Counted from the first letter of the stretch, positions 1-11,269 are shown. The stretch: DNA of 64,000 bases from Selaginella moellendorffii (GCF_000143415.4 NW_003314328.1:461889-525888), one strand, 5' to 3'. Translations and numbers: made by a program. The notes: generated by a model not told the origin, from the letters alone.

Positions 1-200
1 ATTTTTAAAGCATTTAGGGCCATTCGTGTTGAGCAGCCCTGTTCGAGATGTCCGCGACTAATCCAGCACTTGCTTGTTGGCTATGTCGGAATGGAGGTGC
101 TTGGCTTCTGCTTCATGGTTGGATCCAAGCGGAAACGTGCTCCATAGACAAAGCATGGAAGAGGTAAGATTCAGCTAGACAATCTATACGAGCGCGGTGG

Positions 201-1673
201 TCAGATGAAAAGCATCGACAACGTCAACCACACGAACGCCAACACATTTCTACAAAGCCTCTCCCTCTCAGCGCTATTGACAACGATCTGCCGCATGAAT
301 CGACAGTTCCCGTGGCTCGGATCATCCCTTACGACTCTGCCAAACTCGGGATCACAGCTGCTGGTGGCCTGGTCATTGAGCTGATAGTTGCTGTTGAAAG
401 CATAGCTCGCTCGCTCGCTCACGGTGAGAAAGTTGCAAGAGCCACCTTCGAAGAGAGGACTGCAGTCTACTTGCTGGCAAGTGGCATTGATCCTCTGCTC
501 CAGCCCGTCCGTGGCGTCGTTTGAGACGCACCACCTCGCAGGCATGTACTCGACGTCTGGGACGTTCTCCAGCTCTCTGGCACCCAACAGCGTAAGGCCA
601 TACTTGCGAGTTCCATCGTACTGGAAGATCCCCCAGTGCCGCTCGTAGCCTGGTTTCTTGCGGTCTTCATCCACCAGGCTGAAGATATATGCGTGGAGCT
701 GGCCGGGCCTCAGCGGGGTACCTCTGGAGCTTTCAATCCGCTTCACCAGGCCTTGGTTGAATCGCTCAGCGTTTTGCGGATTCGCCTGAAGGTTGCAGTC
801 GGTCGGCCATCCGGTTCCTCCGACGATGATTGGCATGTCCGGGAAGCCGGCTTGTTTCAGAGCCGACACCACAGTGTCGAAGATGGCGTCGAAGGCGTTG
901 GTGTAGTTGTTGCCTTGGTCCTGTTGAAATGGGAAATCGCCATCGAAGAAGGCAAAATCGAGGGGAAAGGATGGATCCTTCACCGAGCTGATGAAGGGGT
1001 GGATGTTGACGGTGAAAGGCGACTTTGAGTCGGAGAGAAGCTCCAAGATGGTCTTCATCTCGTCGGGGCGGATGAAATTTCCAGTGGAGGGTGTGAAGGA
1101 GTTCGAGGTAACGATGCCAGCGCTGAAGGGAATGGTGGTTTTGATATCTCTGGTTCTTGTCTGCTTGTCGAGCGCAGCCCGGATGTTCTTCACTGCTCCA
1201 ACAACAGCGTCGAGTCTCACATCGTGTAGTGGTTCCTCGCCAACAGCGACATATCTGTTTGACAACCTCTCAGATCAACAAACGATCACAAACAGGAAGA
1301 CAAAAAGAAACAAAAGATATCACCTGATGTCTACTCGTCTCTTGGGGTACTTGAGGTACCAAGTTACGTTGCTCTCCACCCAGTTGCGAGCAGCGTGCAT
1401 GCTCGAGGACAGCGTCTCCAGCATGGTGTTGGGAATTCCAACCATGACTTCGATGTTGGAGCCTGCCAGTGCGTGGAGGACGGAGGCGTCCGTGTCAAAC
1501 ATCTTCACTCTCGTGAAGCTGTTCTTCTGGAGCATTTTGACAACGCTCGGCGCGTGGAGGGGGTGAGATACCTGCGTTCCCCAGTTGACACCAACCTGAG
1601 CTCGACTTGATCCAACTAGCAGCAGCAGCAGCAGTAGCGACAGCGTTGTCGAGAAGTCCAGCCGGACCAACAT
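201..1673 (-). CDS. GH17 glucan endo-1,3-beta-glucosidase-like protein with X8 domain and probable GPI signal (2 exons: 1673-1324, 1254-201); catalytic residues altered
   Basis: Signal peptide, GVNWGT, ERHWGIF, Cys-rich X8 (WCV..C..DCS..C..SYAFNSNYQ..C..C) and hydrophobic C-terminus. GT-AG intron 1255-1323 joins VDIR|YVAVG in frame. Confidence 0.9.
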
Positions 1674-1968
1674 CACTACGAGCAGAATCGACCATCTCCA
1701 AACGTCCTATCTCTCCCACCTCGGTCCGAAGAGTAGCGGCTGTCATCCTTAAAACGCACTGCTACTCAACTCCTTGCTTGACTTTGGTTTTACCTCTACC
1801 TTGATCCCGGGCTTCGTAGAGATCAATGCAACCATGGATCTTACCAGAGGTAAACGTTCGCAATTCACATCACGACGGAAATCACGAATGAAGCTCTTTT
1901 TTCTAACCAGAAGAACAAACTGCTAGGACCAGAGATAAGCTTTTGGGAACACAAACTCTTTCGTTTGC

Positions 1969-3948
1969 TTAAATTTCTCTTATCACTACAGCGAGAACGA
2001 TGGCGAACACCATCATGGCAAACGCTCGAGGACGCTCTAAAGTAACTCGTGAAGAGTGCGATGCGACGACTTTCAGCTTGATCTGCCGGATGAATCGGCA
2101 GTTCGGCGTGCTGGGATCGACACCGGTGATGATCCCGTTTCCTTGGAAGTCACAGCTGCTGGGAACTTGGTCCTTGAGCTGGAAGTAGCTGTTGAACGCG
2201 TACGAAGCGGCCTGCTCGGGAGAGAGCGTCGGGTAGCAAGAGCCGCCATCCGGGACGAGCGGCGTGCAGTCGGCTGCCGAGCAAGCGAAATCAATCTGGC
2301 CTTGCGGGACTGCTATGCCGGGTTTCAAGACGCACCACAGTGCCGGGTAGTAGTCAACGCCACCGACTTTCTCGAGCCCCGACGAGCTTCCGCTCGTGTT
2401 GAGGAGGTACTTGGGCTGACCATCGTACGTGAAGAGACCCCAGTGACGCTCGAAGTTACCCGGGGCGATGCTCTTGAGGTCCTCGTCGAAGAGGCTGAAG
2501 ATATAGGCGTGGAGTACAGTTCCTGGCCGCATTGGCGTACCTGGTGGAGAGGGCCTGTGGATCCAGAGGTGGAAGAACTTAGAACACTCGCAAGATCGAA
2601 CTAGAAGTTGGCATGAGATACTTACGAGATGATTCGACTGACCAGAGCCTGGTTGAATCTCCTCGCGTTGGATGGTGTCGCGCTCGGGAAACCATCGGTC
2701 GGCCACCCGGCCTCGCCCACGATGATCTCCATGTTTGGGAAGCCCGAGTCCGTGAGAGCCGCGACCAGCATGTCGAAGGTGGCATCAAAGACGCTCCTGT
2801 AGGTGCTCTGGCCGTATTGGACCTGGAAGCACCCGTCCAGGAACGCATATTCACTGGGGAAGTTTGGATCCTGCGCCAGGCTGATGAAAGGATAGAGGTT
2901 GATCGTGAAGGGGGCTCCGGTGCTGGCGAGAGCTTTCACAATGTCGTCCATGAGCATCTTGATATCGTTCCTGAAAACTCCGGTGGATGGATCTTGGTTG
3001 CCGGGGTCCCGGGGCTGCAACACATCGGCATTGAGTGGCACGGTGGCTTTGATCTGGTCCGCGAACTTGGCCTTGGAGAGCGCCGCCTGGATGTTCTTCA
3101 GTGCTGGGAGGGTCACGCCCTCGAAACTTTTGTTGTAGCCCGCGAGAAAGGGCTCGTTTCCGACAGCGACATACCTGGGTCAAGTAAGCTTACCCTTCAG
3201 TCATCAGTCCACTCTGGTAAATTCTCAGTAAGTTGGTCACAACTATAACTCTCAGTCCACTCGTTCGTTAGTCGACTTCAGTCAACACCTTTCACTCAAC
3301 ACTCCATCCATTTCCTCCTCTAGTCAACGTTAGTCCACACTTCTCAACAGTCAACTGATATAGTCTACGTTAGTCCGCTTCACAGTCAACACACACTTAC
3401 CTGATATTGACCCTCTTCTTGCGGAGGTAGTAGTGCGTGACGTTCATGAGCACCCAGTTGCTCGCGGCGGCGGCGTCGGTGGCCAGCGTCTCCAGCATGT
3501 CGTTTGGGATGCCCAGCATCACCTCCAGCGGTGAACCCGCCAGAGCGCTCATGATTCGGGGCTCCGCCTCGAACAGCTTCACTCGTCCCACATTGTTGGA
3601 GACGAGCGCGCGAACCACGTCCGGCGCGAACAGCGGGTGTGACATCTGGGTTCCCCAATTCACGCCGATCGTTCCACTCTGATGCCGCTGATCTGCCGGT
3701 GATGGTGGTTGCTGTTCTTGACCTTGTGGTGGTGGCGGCAATGGCTGCTGTTGATCTTGTGGTGGCGGTGGAGGTGGCTCTTGATCTTGGCCTTGTGAGG
3801 GTGGCGGCGGCGGTAGTGCCTGTTGATCTTGCGGTGGTGGTGGTGGCAATGGCTCATAGTCATCGGTTTGAGCAACAGTGCTAACAAAGCTATGACCATC
3901 ACAAGAAAGAAGGAGAAGAAGAAGAAGAGCCAACATCAATCTCGACAT
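1969..3948 (-). CDS. GH17 glucan endo-1,3-beta-glucosidase with Pro/Gln-rich N-terminal insert, X8 domain and probable GPI signal (exons 3948-3401, 3174-2626, 2554-1969)
   Basis: YVAVGNEP and VGEAGWPT catalytic motifs, KSIAPGNFERHWG, X8 cysteines. GT-AG introns 3175-3400 and 2555-2625 give an in-frame join. Confidence 0.93.
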
Positions 3949-4084
3949 GATCTATGGAGAGAAATCTTCCATGTTCGTGCATTTCTTGGTCCCCGGCCAT
4001 TGCGTAGCTTGACCGGAAATTTTCCAGCTTGAATCTCTTATGCTTGCTCCGCGATCCAAGCCTTGAACGATTCCTTCCACTCCA

Positions 4085-5902
4085 ATGACAGTTGTCGCGG
4101 CAGCTGGAAACGAGAGACTTACACTCGAGTGTGACGCCTGGATCAAGTCTTGCCGCAGCTTGGCCAATCTCCAAGCGATCCACAAGCGGATCATCCTCCG
4201 CCACGGCGGCCTCTTCCTCGATCGCAACACCGGCCTCTCAAATCTCCTGCTCCAGCGCTATGCCCGCTGCGGCAGCCTTGATCACGCGGAGCAAATCTTC
4301 GCCGCCATCCGGGACAAAGACGTCATCTCCTGGAATGCCATGCTCTCCGCATATGCCCGGACGGGGCATCACACCGCCCAAGCCAAGCTCCTCTTCGACT
4401 CCATCCCCGACCGCGATCGCGTCTCCTGGAACGCGATGCTGGGCGCCTACGTCCACGCCGGAAACCTCCAGGAATGCAAAGACATCTTCGATAGATTTCC
4501 GGAACGAGACATAGTTTCATGGAACTCTCTCCTTGCGGCATATGCCCAAAAAGGGCAAATGGACAAAGCCCAAGTTGTGTTTGATCAGATGCCCGAGAGA
4601 GGCCTGATCACCTGGAACACAATGCTGGCAGCAAACTCCAGAAACAACCATGTCGCTCAAGCCAAGAAACTCTTCGACGAAATGCCGGAGAGAGACTATA
4701 TCTCCTGGAACACGATGATGAACGCATATACCCAAGCCGGGCATAGTCGCGAGGCCAAAGAGCTCTTCGACCAAATGCCAGCGCGGGATATAGTTTCATG
4801 GAACGGGCTTCTCATCATGTACGGGACGAGTGGCAAGACCGACCCGGCCAGAAGCGTGTTCGACGCTATGCCGTACAGAGATCTCGTCTGCTGGAACGTC
4901 ATGGTCTCTGTGTATGCCCAGTCCGGGCATCTGGATCCTGCCAGGGAGCTGTTTGATCGCGCGCCGGAGCGAGACATCGTGGTGTGGAATGCGATGCTAT
5001 CGGCATACGCAAAAGCAGCAGCAGCGGCATACAATCGCAAGCGCCAGAGAGACGTCACACTCAGCAAAATGGTAGTCGACATCAAGCCTGTGGGAGCTGA
5101 TGGCTCCGAAGTCCATCCCACCACCTTTGCCTCCAAAGAAAAAGATAGTGAAATCGAGGACGAGGACGAGGAGGAGCGGCGGCGATGCCACCGGGATTTG
5201 GAGGCGGCGCGGGAGCTCTTCGATGCAATGCCGGACCGAAATGTGATCTCCTGGACGACGATGCTGACGCTGTACGCCCAGAGCGGGCATGTCGGTGAGG
5301 CCAAGCGTATCTTCGATCACGCGTTGATGCCCGAGAGGGACGTAGTTTGCTGGAACGCTCTCTTGGCTGCCTACGCGCAGGCCGGGAACACCCCGGCTGC
5401 CACCCGGATCTTCGCGCTCATGCCTTCGCGCAACCTCGAGTCCACCAACGTCATGCTCGCGATGCTGTTCCACAGCTCAAACTCGCGATCCATCGCTCGC
5501 GGGCGGCGGATCTTCGCGCGCTCTATCCGCGATGGGATTGCTCCCGACGAGGTGAGCTTCGTCCATATGCTCTTTGCTTGCAGCCACTCGGGCGGATTGA
5601 GCGCGGGGCTGCGCTACTTCCGATCCATGGCGATGGATTTTGCGCTGCGCGGGACGAAGCAGCAGTATAGCATCATGATCGATATCATTGCCCGCGCTGG
5701 GCATCTGGAGGACGCGCGCGAGCTCATCACAAACATGCCGTTCTTGCCCGATTCTCGCGACTGGACGAGCTTGCTGGATGCTTGCCGGAGTAGCAGTGGC
5801 AAGAGCGCCATGAAAGAGCGCGTGATCGACGTTGCCAGGCACGCGATTCGATCGGATCCACGGGACTCGGCACTCTACGTTTTGAGCACAAACAATCTTT
5901 GA
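4085..5902 (+). CDS. PLS-class pentatricopeptide repeat protein with partial E domain, no DYW
   Basis: Single ORF with many ~31-aa (ERD..SWNAML.AYAQ.G) repeats, then Y..MID..ARAG.L..A..LI..MPF.PD...W..LL.AC. Confidence 0.92.
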   Translation: MTVVAAAGNERLTLECDAWIKSCRSLANLQAIHKRIILRHGGLFLDRNTGLSNLLLQRYARCGSLDHAEQIFAAIRDKDVISWNAMLSAYARTGHHTAQAKLLFDSIPDRDRVSWNAMLGAYVHAGNLQECKDIFDRFPERDIVSWNSLLAAYAQKGQMDKAQVVFDQMPERGLITWNTMLAANSRNNHVAQAKKLFDEMPERDYISWNTMMNAYTQAGHSREAKELFDQMPARDIVSWNGLLIMYGTSGKTDPARSVFDAMPYRDLVCWNVMVSVYAQSGHLDPARELFDRAPERDIVVWNAMLSAYAKAAAAAYNRKRQRDVTLSKMVVDIKPVGADGSEVHPTTFASKEKDSEIEDEDEEERRRCHRDLEAARELFDAMPDRNVISWTTMLTLYAQSGHVGEAKRIFDHALMPERDVVCWNALLAAYAQAGNTPAATRIFALMPSRNLESTNVMLAMLFHSSNSRSIARGRRIFARSIRDGIAPDEVSFVHMLFACSHSGGLSAGLRYFRSMAMDFALRGTKQQYSIMIDIIARAGHLEDARELITNMPFLPDSRDWTSLLDACRSSSGKSAMKERVIDVARHAIRSDPRDSALYVLSTNNL

Positions 5903-5960
5903 TTTCCTCGAGAGCTCATCGATAATGAATGGAAATAATTCTTACAGTATCCCCGGACGA

Positions 5961-7517
5961 TCAAAACACCCTCTCAAGAACATATTCCACCATCTTTTCC
6001 AGCGAGCTCCTGGCCGCTCCCACTGGCAGGCACTCGAGAGCCTGGATCGCGAGCTCGGCCTTTTGCTTGGCCAGCTCCATCGCCCTGTCGATCCCTCCGC
6101 CTCTCTTCACCAGCTGGACTGCGGACTCCAGCGATCCCTCGTCCGTGAACTCGGAGTCGATCAGCTTCCTCAGCTCCGGCTCCTTGTCCAGGGCAAACAG
6201 TGCCGGGGCTGTCAAGTTCCCCTTCGCTAGATCGCTTCCGGCGGGCTTCCCGAGCTGTGCCGTCGACTGCGTGAAGTCGAGGATGTCGTCCACGATCTGG
6301 AACGCCAAGCCCAGGTACTTCCCATAGTCGAACATCTTGTCACAGACGCTCGGGTCGGCACCGCTGAAGATGGCGGCCGAGCGAGTGCTGGCTGCGATGA
6401 GAGAGGCCGTTTTGTAGTAGCTCTTGTCCAAGTAGTTGTCTAGCGTGATCTCGGAGTCGAACAGACTCGACGCTTGTTGGATCTCTCCGCTAGCGAAGTC
6501 TTTGATCACCTAGATACAAAAGGAGTCCGAGTAAGAGGACGGACGGTTTCTTCGCGAAAGAGTGAGACAAACCTGACTAATCAACTTGATAACTTCGAGG
6601 TTGTCCAGGTTTGCCAGGTACCAAGACGACTGCGCAAACATAAAATCGCCAGCTAACACTGCAATTCTAGTTCCGTATAGTTGATGGACGGTTTCTTTCC
6701 CTGTGCATAGCCAGCGATCAGTATGTCAATGTCAAAGATTCGAATTCTCACCTCGTCGGACGTCACTCTCGTCCAGGACATCGTCGTGAATGAGGCTAGC
6801 TGTGTGTATCATTTCTGTAATTTCCGCTAGTCTTCGGTGCTGTAGATGGATCGTGCTGCCATTTACATATCAAAGACTTAGTACAGTGGAGAGATGAAGA
6901 AAAGAGGAAAAGTTACTTGAGACGAGCAAGCTGCATAGTTGCTCTCGACACCAAGAACACGATCGCTGGACGCATTCTCTTTCCACCGGCACCGAAGATC
7001 TGCTCCGCGGCTGACATCAAAAGAGGATTTTGCACACCAACGATCTGAAAAAAAAAAAAAACCATAAATTTCTGCAAGCTCAAAGGACGAACAAACTTAC
7101 AGATTGTAAGTTTTGGTTGAGCGCATCAAGATCACTGCTCACAGGCTCGATAATCTCATTCAAGCTGAGCTTCTCGCGTCGCTCGCGTCGCTGGACGTAA
7201 GAAGCCACGCCATTGAGGAATTTGGAATTGGTAGCATCTCCAGCTATCTACCGGAAGCTCAAATTAACACTGGGAAGAGCAAAGAAAGAAAGAAAAAGAA
7301 AAGAGCGTAAAGAATTTTCACCTGGTATTGGAGAGGAGGTGTTAACGCTCAAGCTCGCGGGACTCCCGCTAGCAGCCGTGAAAGAAATCGTTGCTCCCTC
7401 GGCGACTACTCTTCTCCTGCTCCAGCATTTGGCACTTCTCCTACGGTCGATTGCCCTGCGCTGCTGATAACCTAGGCCGGCATCAGATCCTCTGGCACAG
7501 AATGCCGTGCTCGTCAT
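5961..7517 (-). CDS. SPS: Solanesyl diphosphate synthase (long-chain trans-prenyltransferase), multi-exon; 5' exon junction uncertain
   Basis: GGKRMRP, IHDDVLD (FARM), [33 protein letters not shown] (SARM), GKPAGSDL. Transit-peptide-like N-terminus. Confidence 0.88.
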
Positions 7518-7906
7518 TGCGCCACACCTGGAATGGATGGAATGACACAATCTGTAGACGATGGAATCACACCAAAGATTTCGATTCAGGAGGAGACGAC
7601 CGCATTTACCTGCCGGATTGCGTTGCTCGGAGCTCGCGAATTCGCCGGATTTCCTCCCTAGAAAGCGCAATATGGCGCCATTGCTCCACCTCACAGAAAA
7701 TATTTAAGGGCTTTATCCTCGCGAGGAACACATGGGCCATATGGCCGAAACCTTGCCGCCATTGCGCTTATGGACTGTACGTGTCCACGCTCGCAAGCTC
7801 TAGAATCGTGCCACGTGTGTGCCAGGATCATTCCCTCCCTTGTCCCTTCCTTACACGCCTCCACGAAGAAGAAAATGATCGTGAGAGAGTTTCTAGCGAT
7901 GACTCA

Positions 7907-9739
7907 ATGATCGCGACGGCGGCCAGCGCCAAGCAAGACGAGATCAAATTCTTCGCCCGGCTGCTCAAATCCTGCGGCGAATCCAGGAACCTCGCCGAGG
8001 GCAAATTCGCGCACTCGCAGATCTCGCGCAGCGATCACGCCAAGAATCTCTTCCTCCGCAATCTCCTCATCGAGATGTATGGGAAGTGTGGCAGCGTCGC
8101 GCTCGCGCGGGAGGTGTTTGATTCCCTCGAGTCCCCCAACAAATTCTCCTGGAACATCATGCTCGCGGCATATGCCCACAACGGGGAGTTGCGCGAGGCG
8201 AGGAAGATCTTCGAGCAAAACCCACTGCCGGATCCGGTGGCCTCCGCGGCGATGATCCGCGCGTACGCGCTGGCAGACGATCTCGAGCAAGCACGCGCGA
8301 TCCTCCTCCAAATGCCGGATCTCAACGTAGTGTGCTGCACGATCCTCATCCACGCATATGCCCAGCGCGGGCATCACGCCTCCGCACAAGAACTCTTCGC
8401 CCAGATGCCCGATCGCGATGTCACGGTGTGTAACGCGATGATGAAATCACTCGCGGAGGACGATCGGTTGCTGCTAGCGCGCCGGCTGTTCAATCAAATG
8501 CCCGAAAGAGATGTGGCGTCCTGGAACACGATGATCCAAGTGAATGCCATTCACGGGCATCTTGGAGAGTCGCGGCGGCTCTTCCGTGCGATGCCGCAGA
8601 GGAACATCATCTCCTGGACGGCGATGCTAGCGGCGGAGGAGAGCGATCTCGCCGCCGCCAAGATCACATTCGCGGGGATGCCCGAGTGGAACGTCGTCTC
8701 CTGGACGGTGATGATCACGGCGCTGGCACAGGCCGGGCTAGCGCGCGAGGCGGCGGTGCTATTCGCCCAGCTCCCGGAGCAAAACATCGTCTCCATCACC
8801 GCCATGATCTCGGGGCTCGGCGCCGCGGGATCGATCGACGAGGCGCGCAGCCTCTTCGATCGAATGCCCGCCCGGAACCAAGTCTCCTGGAGCGCGATGA
8901 TCCAAGCCTACGCGCAGAATGGCTACATCGACGAGGCGCGATCGATTCTAGACGCGATGCCGGCGATGGATTCCGTGGCCTGGAACACGATGATCGCGGC
9001 GTATGCCCAAGATGGGCAAATCGAGGAAGCGCTCGCGATGCTCAACCAGGTCCCCTGCGCGAGCCCACTGCCCTACACGGTGGTGATCTCCGCGATGGCG
9101 CAAGAAGGAGCCCTAATCCCCGCCACGAAGCTCTTCTCGCGGATCCCCAACCACGACACGGTCTCGTGGACGGCGATGGTGGCGGCGAATGCCCAGAACG
9201 GGCATGGCAGGGCGGCGCTAGGGTTCTTCCGGGCGATGGATCTCGAGGGCGTGGCGGCGGACGAGATCACGATCCTGAGCGTGCTGAGCGCTTGCGGGCA
9301 CGAGGGATTGCTGGCCGAGGGCTGGAGCTACTTCGTCCTCCTGGGCGACGATCGGGGGATGGCCGCGAGCGTGGAGCACTTCTACTGCATGGTGGATGTG
9401 ATCGGGCGCGCGGGGCGGCTCCAGGAGGCCGAGGATCTGATCGCGAGCATGCCATTCGTGCCCAATGTGGTGCCGTGGACGAGCTTGCTCGCGGCGTGCC
9501 GGACGCACGGCGATGCGCACAGGGGGGCGCGCGCCGCGGATCGTGTTCTTGAGTCGCGATTTGGGGCGATCGATGTGCCCTACGCGCTGATTTGCAACGC
9601 CTACCTCGGCGCTGGGAGGATCCAGGACGCCGAGATGGTGCGCCGGATGATGAGGGAGCAGCAATTGGGGCTGGGCGCGCGGAGGAGGAGAAGAGTCGCT
9701 CTCTCGCAAAGTACGGATTGCTTTGCCCTAGAGATTTAG
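7907..9739 (+). CDS. PLS-class PPR protein with E domain, no DYW
   Basis: LIEMYGKCGS, repeated SW..MI.AYAQNG, EHFYCMVDVIGRAG.L..A..LI..MPF.P....W..LL.AC..HGD. Start taken at ATG 7907. Confidence 0.92.
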   Translation: MIATAASAKQDEIKFFARLLKSCGESRNLAEGKFAHSQISRSDHAKNLFLRNLLIEMYGKCGSVALAREVFDSLESPNKFSWNIMLAAYAHNGELREARKIFEQNPLPDPVASAAMIRAYALADDLEQARAILLQMPDLNVVCCTILIHAYAQRGHHASAQELFAQMPDRDVTVCNAMMKSLAEDDRLLLARRLFNQMPERDVASWNTMIQVNAIHGHLGESRRLFRAMPQRNIISWTAMLAAEESDLAAAKITFAGMPEWNVVSWTVMITALAQAGLAREAAVLFAQLPEQNIVSITAMISGLGAAGSIDEARSLFDRMPARNQVSWSAMIQAYAQNGYIDEARSILDAMPAMDSVAWNTMIAAYAQDGQIEEALAMLNQVPCASPLPYTVVISAMAQEGALIPATKLFSRIPNHDTVSWTAMVAANAQNGHGRAALGFFRAMDLEGVAADEITILSVLSACGHEGLLAEGWSYFVLLGDDRGMAASVEHFYCMVDVIGRAGRLQEAEDLIASMPFVPNVVPWTSLLAACRTHGDAHRGARAADRVLESRFGAIDVPYALICNAYLGAGRIQDAEMVRRMMREQQLGLGARRRRRVALSQSTDCFALEI

Positions 9740-9806
9740 CGCCAAGAGACATTTAAAAACCACTCAAGAAACAGAGTTACATTATTCTTACTAGCACACC
9801 ATAGCC

Positions 9807-11264
9807 TTAGTCCTCGCCATAGTTCCTCCGGCCGCCATAGCCAGTGTAGCCTTCGCTCTTGTCTTCCCCGTACTTCTTCCGGCCGCCATAGCCACCATAG
9901 CCTTCGCCATCGCCTTCTTCGTAGTTCTTCCGGCCTCCATAGCCTTCTTCACTCTCTTCTTCCCCGTATTTCTTCCGACCACTGCCATATCCTCCACCTC
10001 CATAGCCTTCGCCTTCTTCGTCGCCACCATACTTCTTTCGTCCTCCATAGCCTTCGCTCTCTTCATCTCCACCATACTTCTTTCCTCCTCCATAGCCTTC
10101 GGTCTCTTCAACGTCATCACCATACTTCTTTCGCCCTCCATAGCCTTCGGTCACTTCAACGTCTCCTCCATAGTTCTTTCGCCCTCCATAGCCTTCAGTC
10201 ACTTCAACGTCGCCACCATACTTCTTGCGCCCTCCATAGCCTTCGCTGTCTTCAACGTCGCCACCATACTTCTTCCGTCCTCCATAGCCTTCGCTCTCTT
10301 CCTCCTCTCCAACATATTTCTTTCGTCCTCCATAGCCTTCGGTCTCTTCCTCCTCGCCACCATACTTCTTTCGCCCTCCATAGCCTTCGGTCTCTTCAAA
10401 GTCGCCACCATACTTCTTTCGCCCTCCATAGCCTTCGGTCTCTTCTTCATCGCCACCATACTTCTTTCGCCCTCCATAGCCTTCGCTCACTTCACCGTCG
10501 CCACCATACTTCTTTCGCCCTCCATAGCCTTCGGTCTCTTCAACGTCGCCACCATACTTCTTGCGCCCTCCATAGCCTTCGCTGTCTTCAACGTCGCCAC
10601 CATACTTCTTCCGTCCTCCATAGCCTTCGCTCTCTTCCTCCTCTCCAACATACTTCTTTCGTCCTCCATAACCTTCGCTCGCTTCATCGTCTCCACCATA
10701 CTTCTTTCGTCCTCCATAGCCCTCGCTCTCCTCCTCATCGCCGCCATACTTCTTTCTTCCTCCGTAGCCCTCGGTCCCCTCCTCGCCACCACCACCTCCA
10801 TAGCCACCGCCATAACCCTGGCTCTCCTGTTCTTCACCGTATTTCTTCCGACCACCACCATACCCGTAGCCTCCGCTCTCCTCGCCACCACCGTAGCCTT
10901 CACTCTCGCCCTGCCCACCACCATAGCCTACATTCCCAGATCCATACTCACTCCCTCCGCCATAGCCAGATCCATCATACCCAGATGAATGCCCGCCATA
11001 GCTACTCTTCCCCTGGCCATGGCCGTAGTAAGAAGGCTTGGCAGTGCCATAATCCGTGGCTCTCCCCACATCCACCTCGAAATCCTCATCGCCATACTCA
11101 CCCGGATCGCCACTGCGAGGGTAGCTCCACTCTTCACTCGCTTCCTTGATGGCGCCATACACAGATCCAATGTCGTAGCCCCCGACGTAGGGCTCTGGAT
11201 CGAATTCGTCGTGATCCTCAGCATCCTCGCCGCGATCGCCCCCTCGTCCCCATCCTCGAGCCAT
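9807..11264 (-). CDS. At5g39570/PLDrp1-like protein with long Gly/Tyr/Glu/Lys tandem repeat
   Basis: N-terminal DEFDPEPYVGGYDI..YG resembles the DEFDPTPYxGGYDI motif of the At5g39570 family (recalled, not searched). About 21 GYGGRKKY-acidic units follow. Confidence 0.78.
   Translation of the reverse strand: MARGWGRGGDRGEDAEDHDEFDPEPYVGGYDIGSVYGAIKEASEEWSYPRSGDPGEYGDEDFEVDVGRATDYGTAKPSYYGHGQGKSSYGGHSSGYDGSGYGGGSEYGSGNVGYGGGQGESEGYGGGEESGGYGYGGGRKKYGEEQESQGYGGGYGGGGGEEGTEGYGGRKKYGGDEEESEGYGGRKKYGGDDEASEGYGGRKKYVGEEEESEGYGGRKKYGGDVEDSEGYGGRKKYGGDVEETEGYGGRKKYGGDGEVSEGYGGRKKYGGDEEETEGYGGRKKYGGDFEETEGYGGRKKYGGEEEETEGYGGRKKYVGEEEESEGYGGRKKYGGDVEDSEGYGGRKKYGGDVEVTEGYGGRKNYGGDVEVTEGYGGRKKYGDDVEETEGYGGGKKYGGDEESEGYGGRKKYGGDEEGEGYGGGGYGSGRKKYGEEESEEGYGGRKNYEEGDGEGYGGYGGRKKYGEDKSEGYTGYGGRRNYGED
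9810..10870 (-). repeat. Coding minisatellite, 48-bp unit (16 aa, GYGGRKKYGGDxEExE)
   Basis: Repeated ccatagccttc...ccaccatacttctttcg units are directly visible. Confidence 0.95.
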
Positions 11265-11269
11265 GATCT

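Noticed and set aside
5072-5148. Intron explaining the PPR insertion
   Set aside because: The GT..AG interval is 77 nt and its removal shifts the frame, whereas the unspliced ORF is open.
7391-7906. N-terminal 172-aa extension of the second PPR ORF
   Set aside because: Starts at a non-ATG codon and overlaps the first SPS exon in antisense; ATG 7907 is more plausible.
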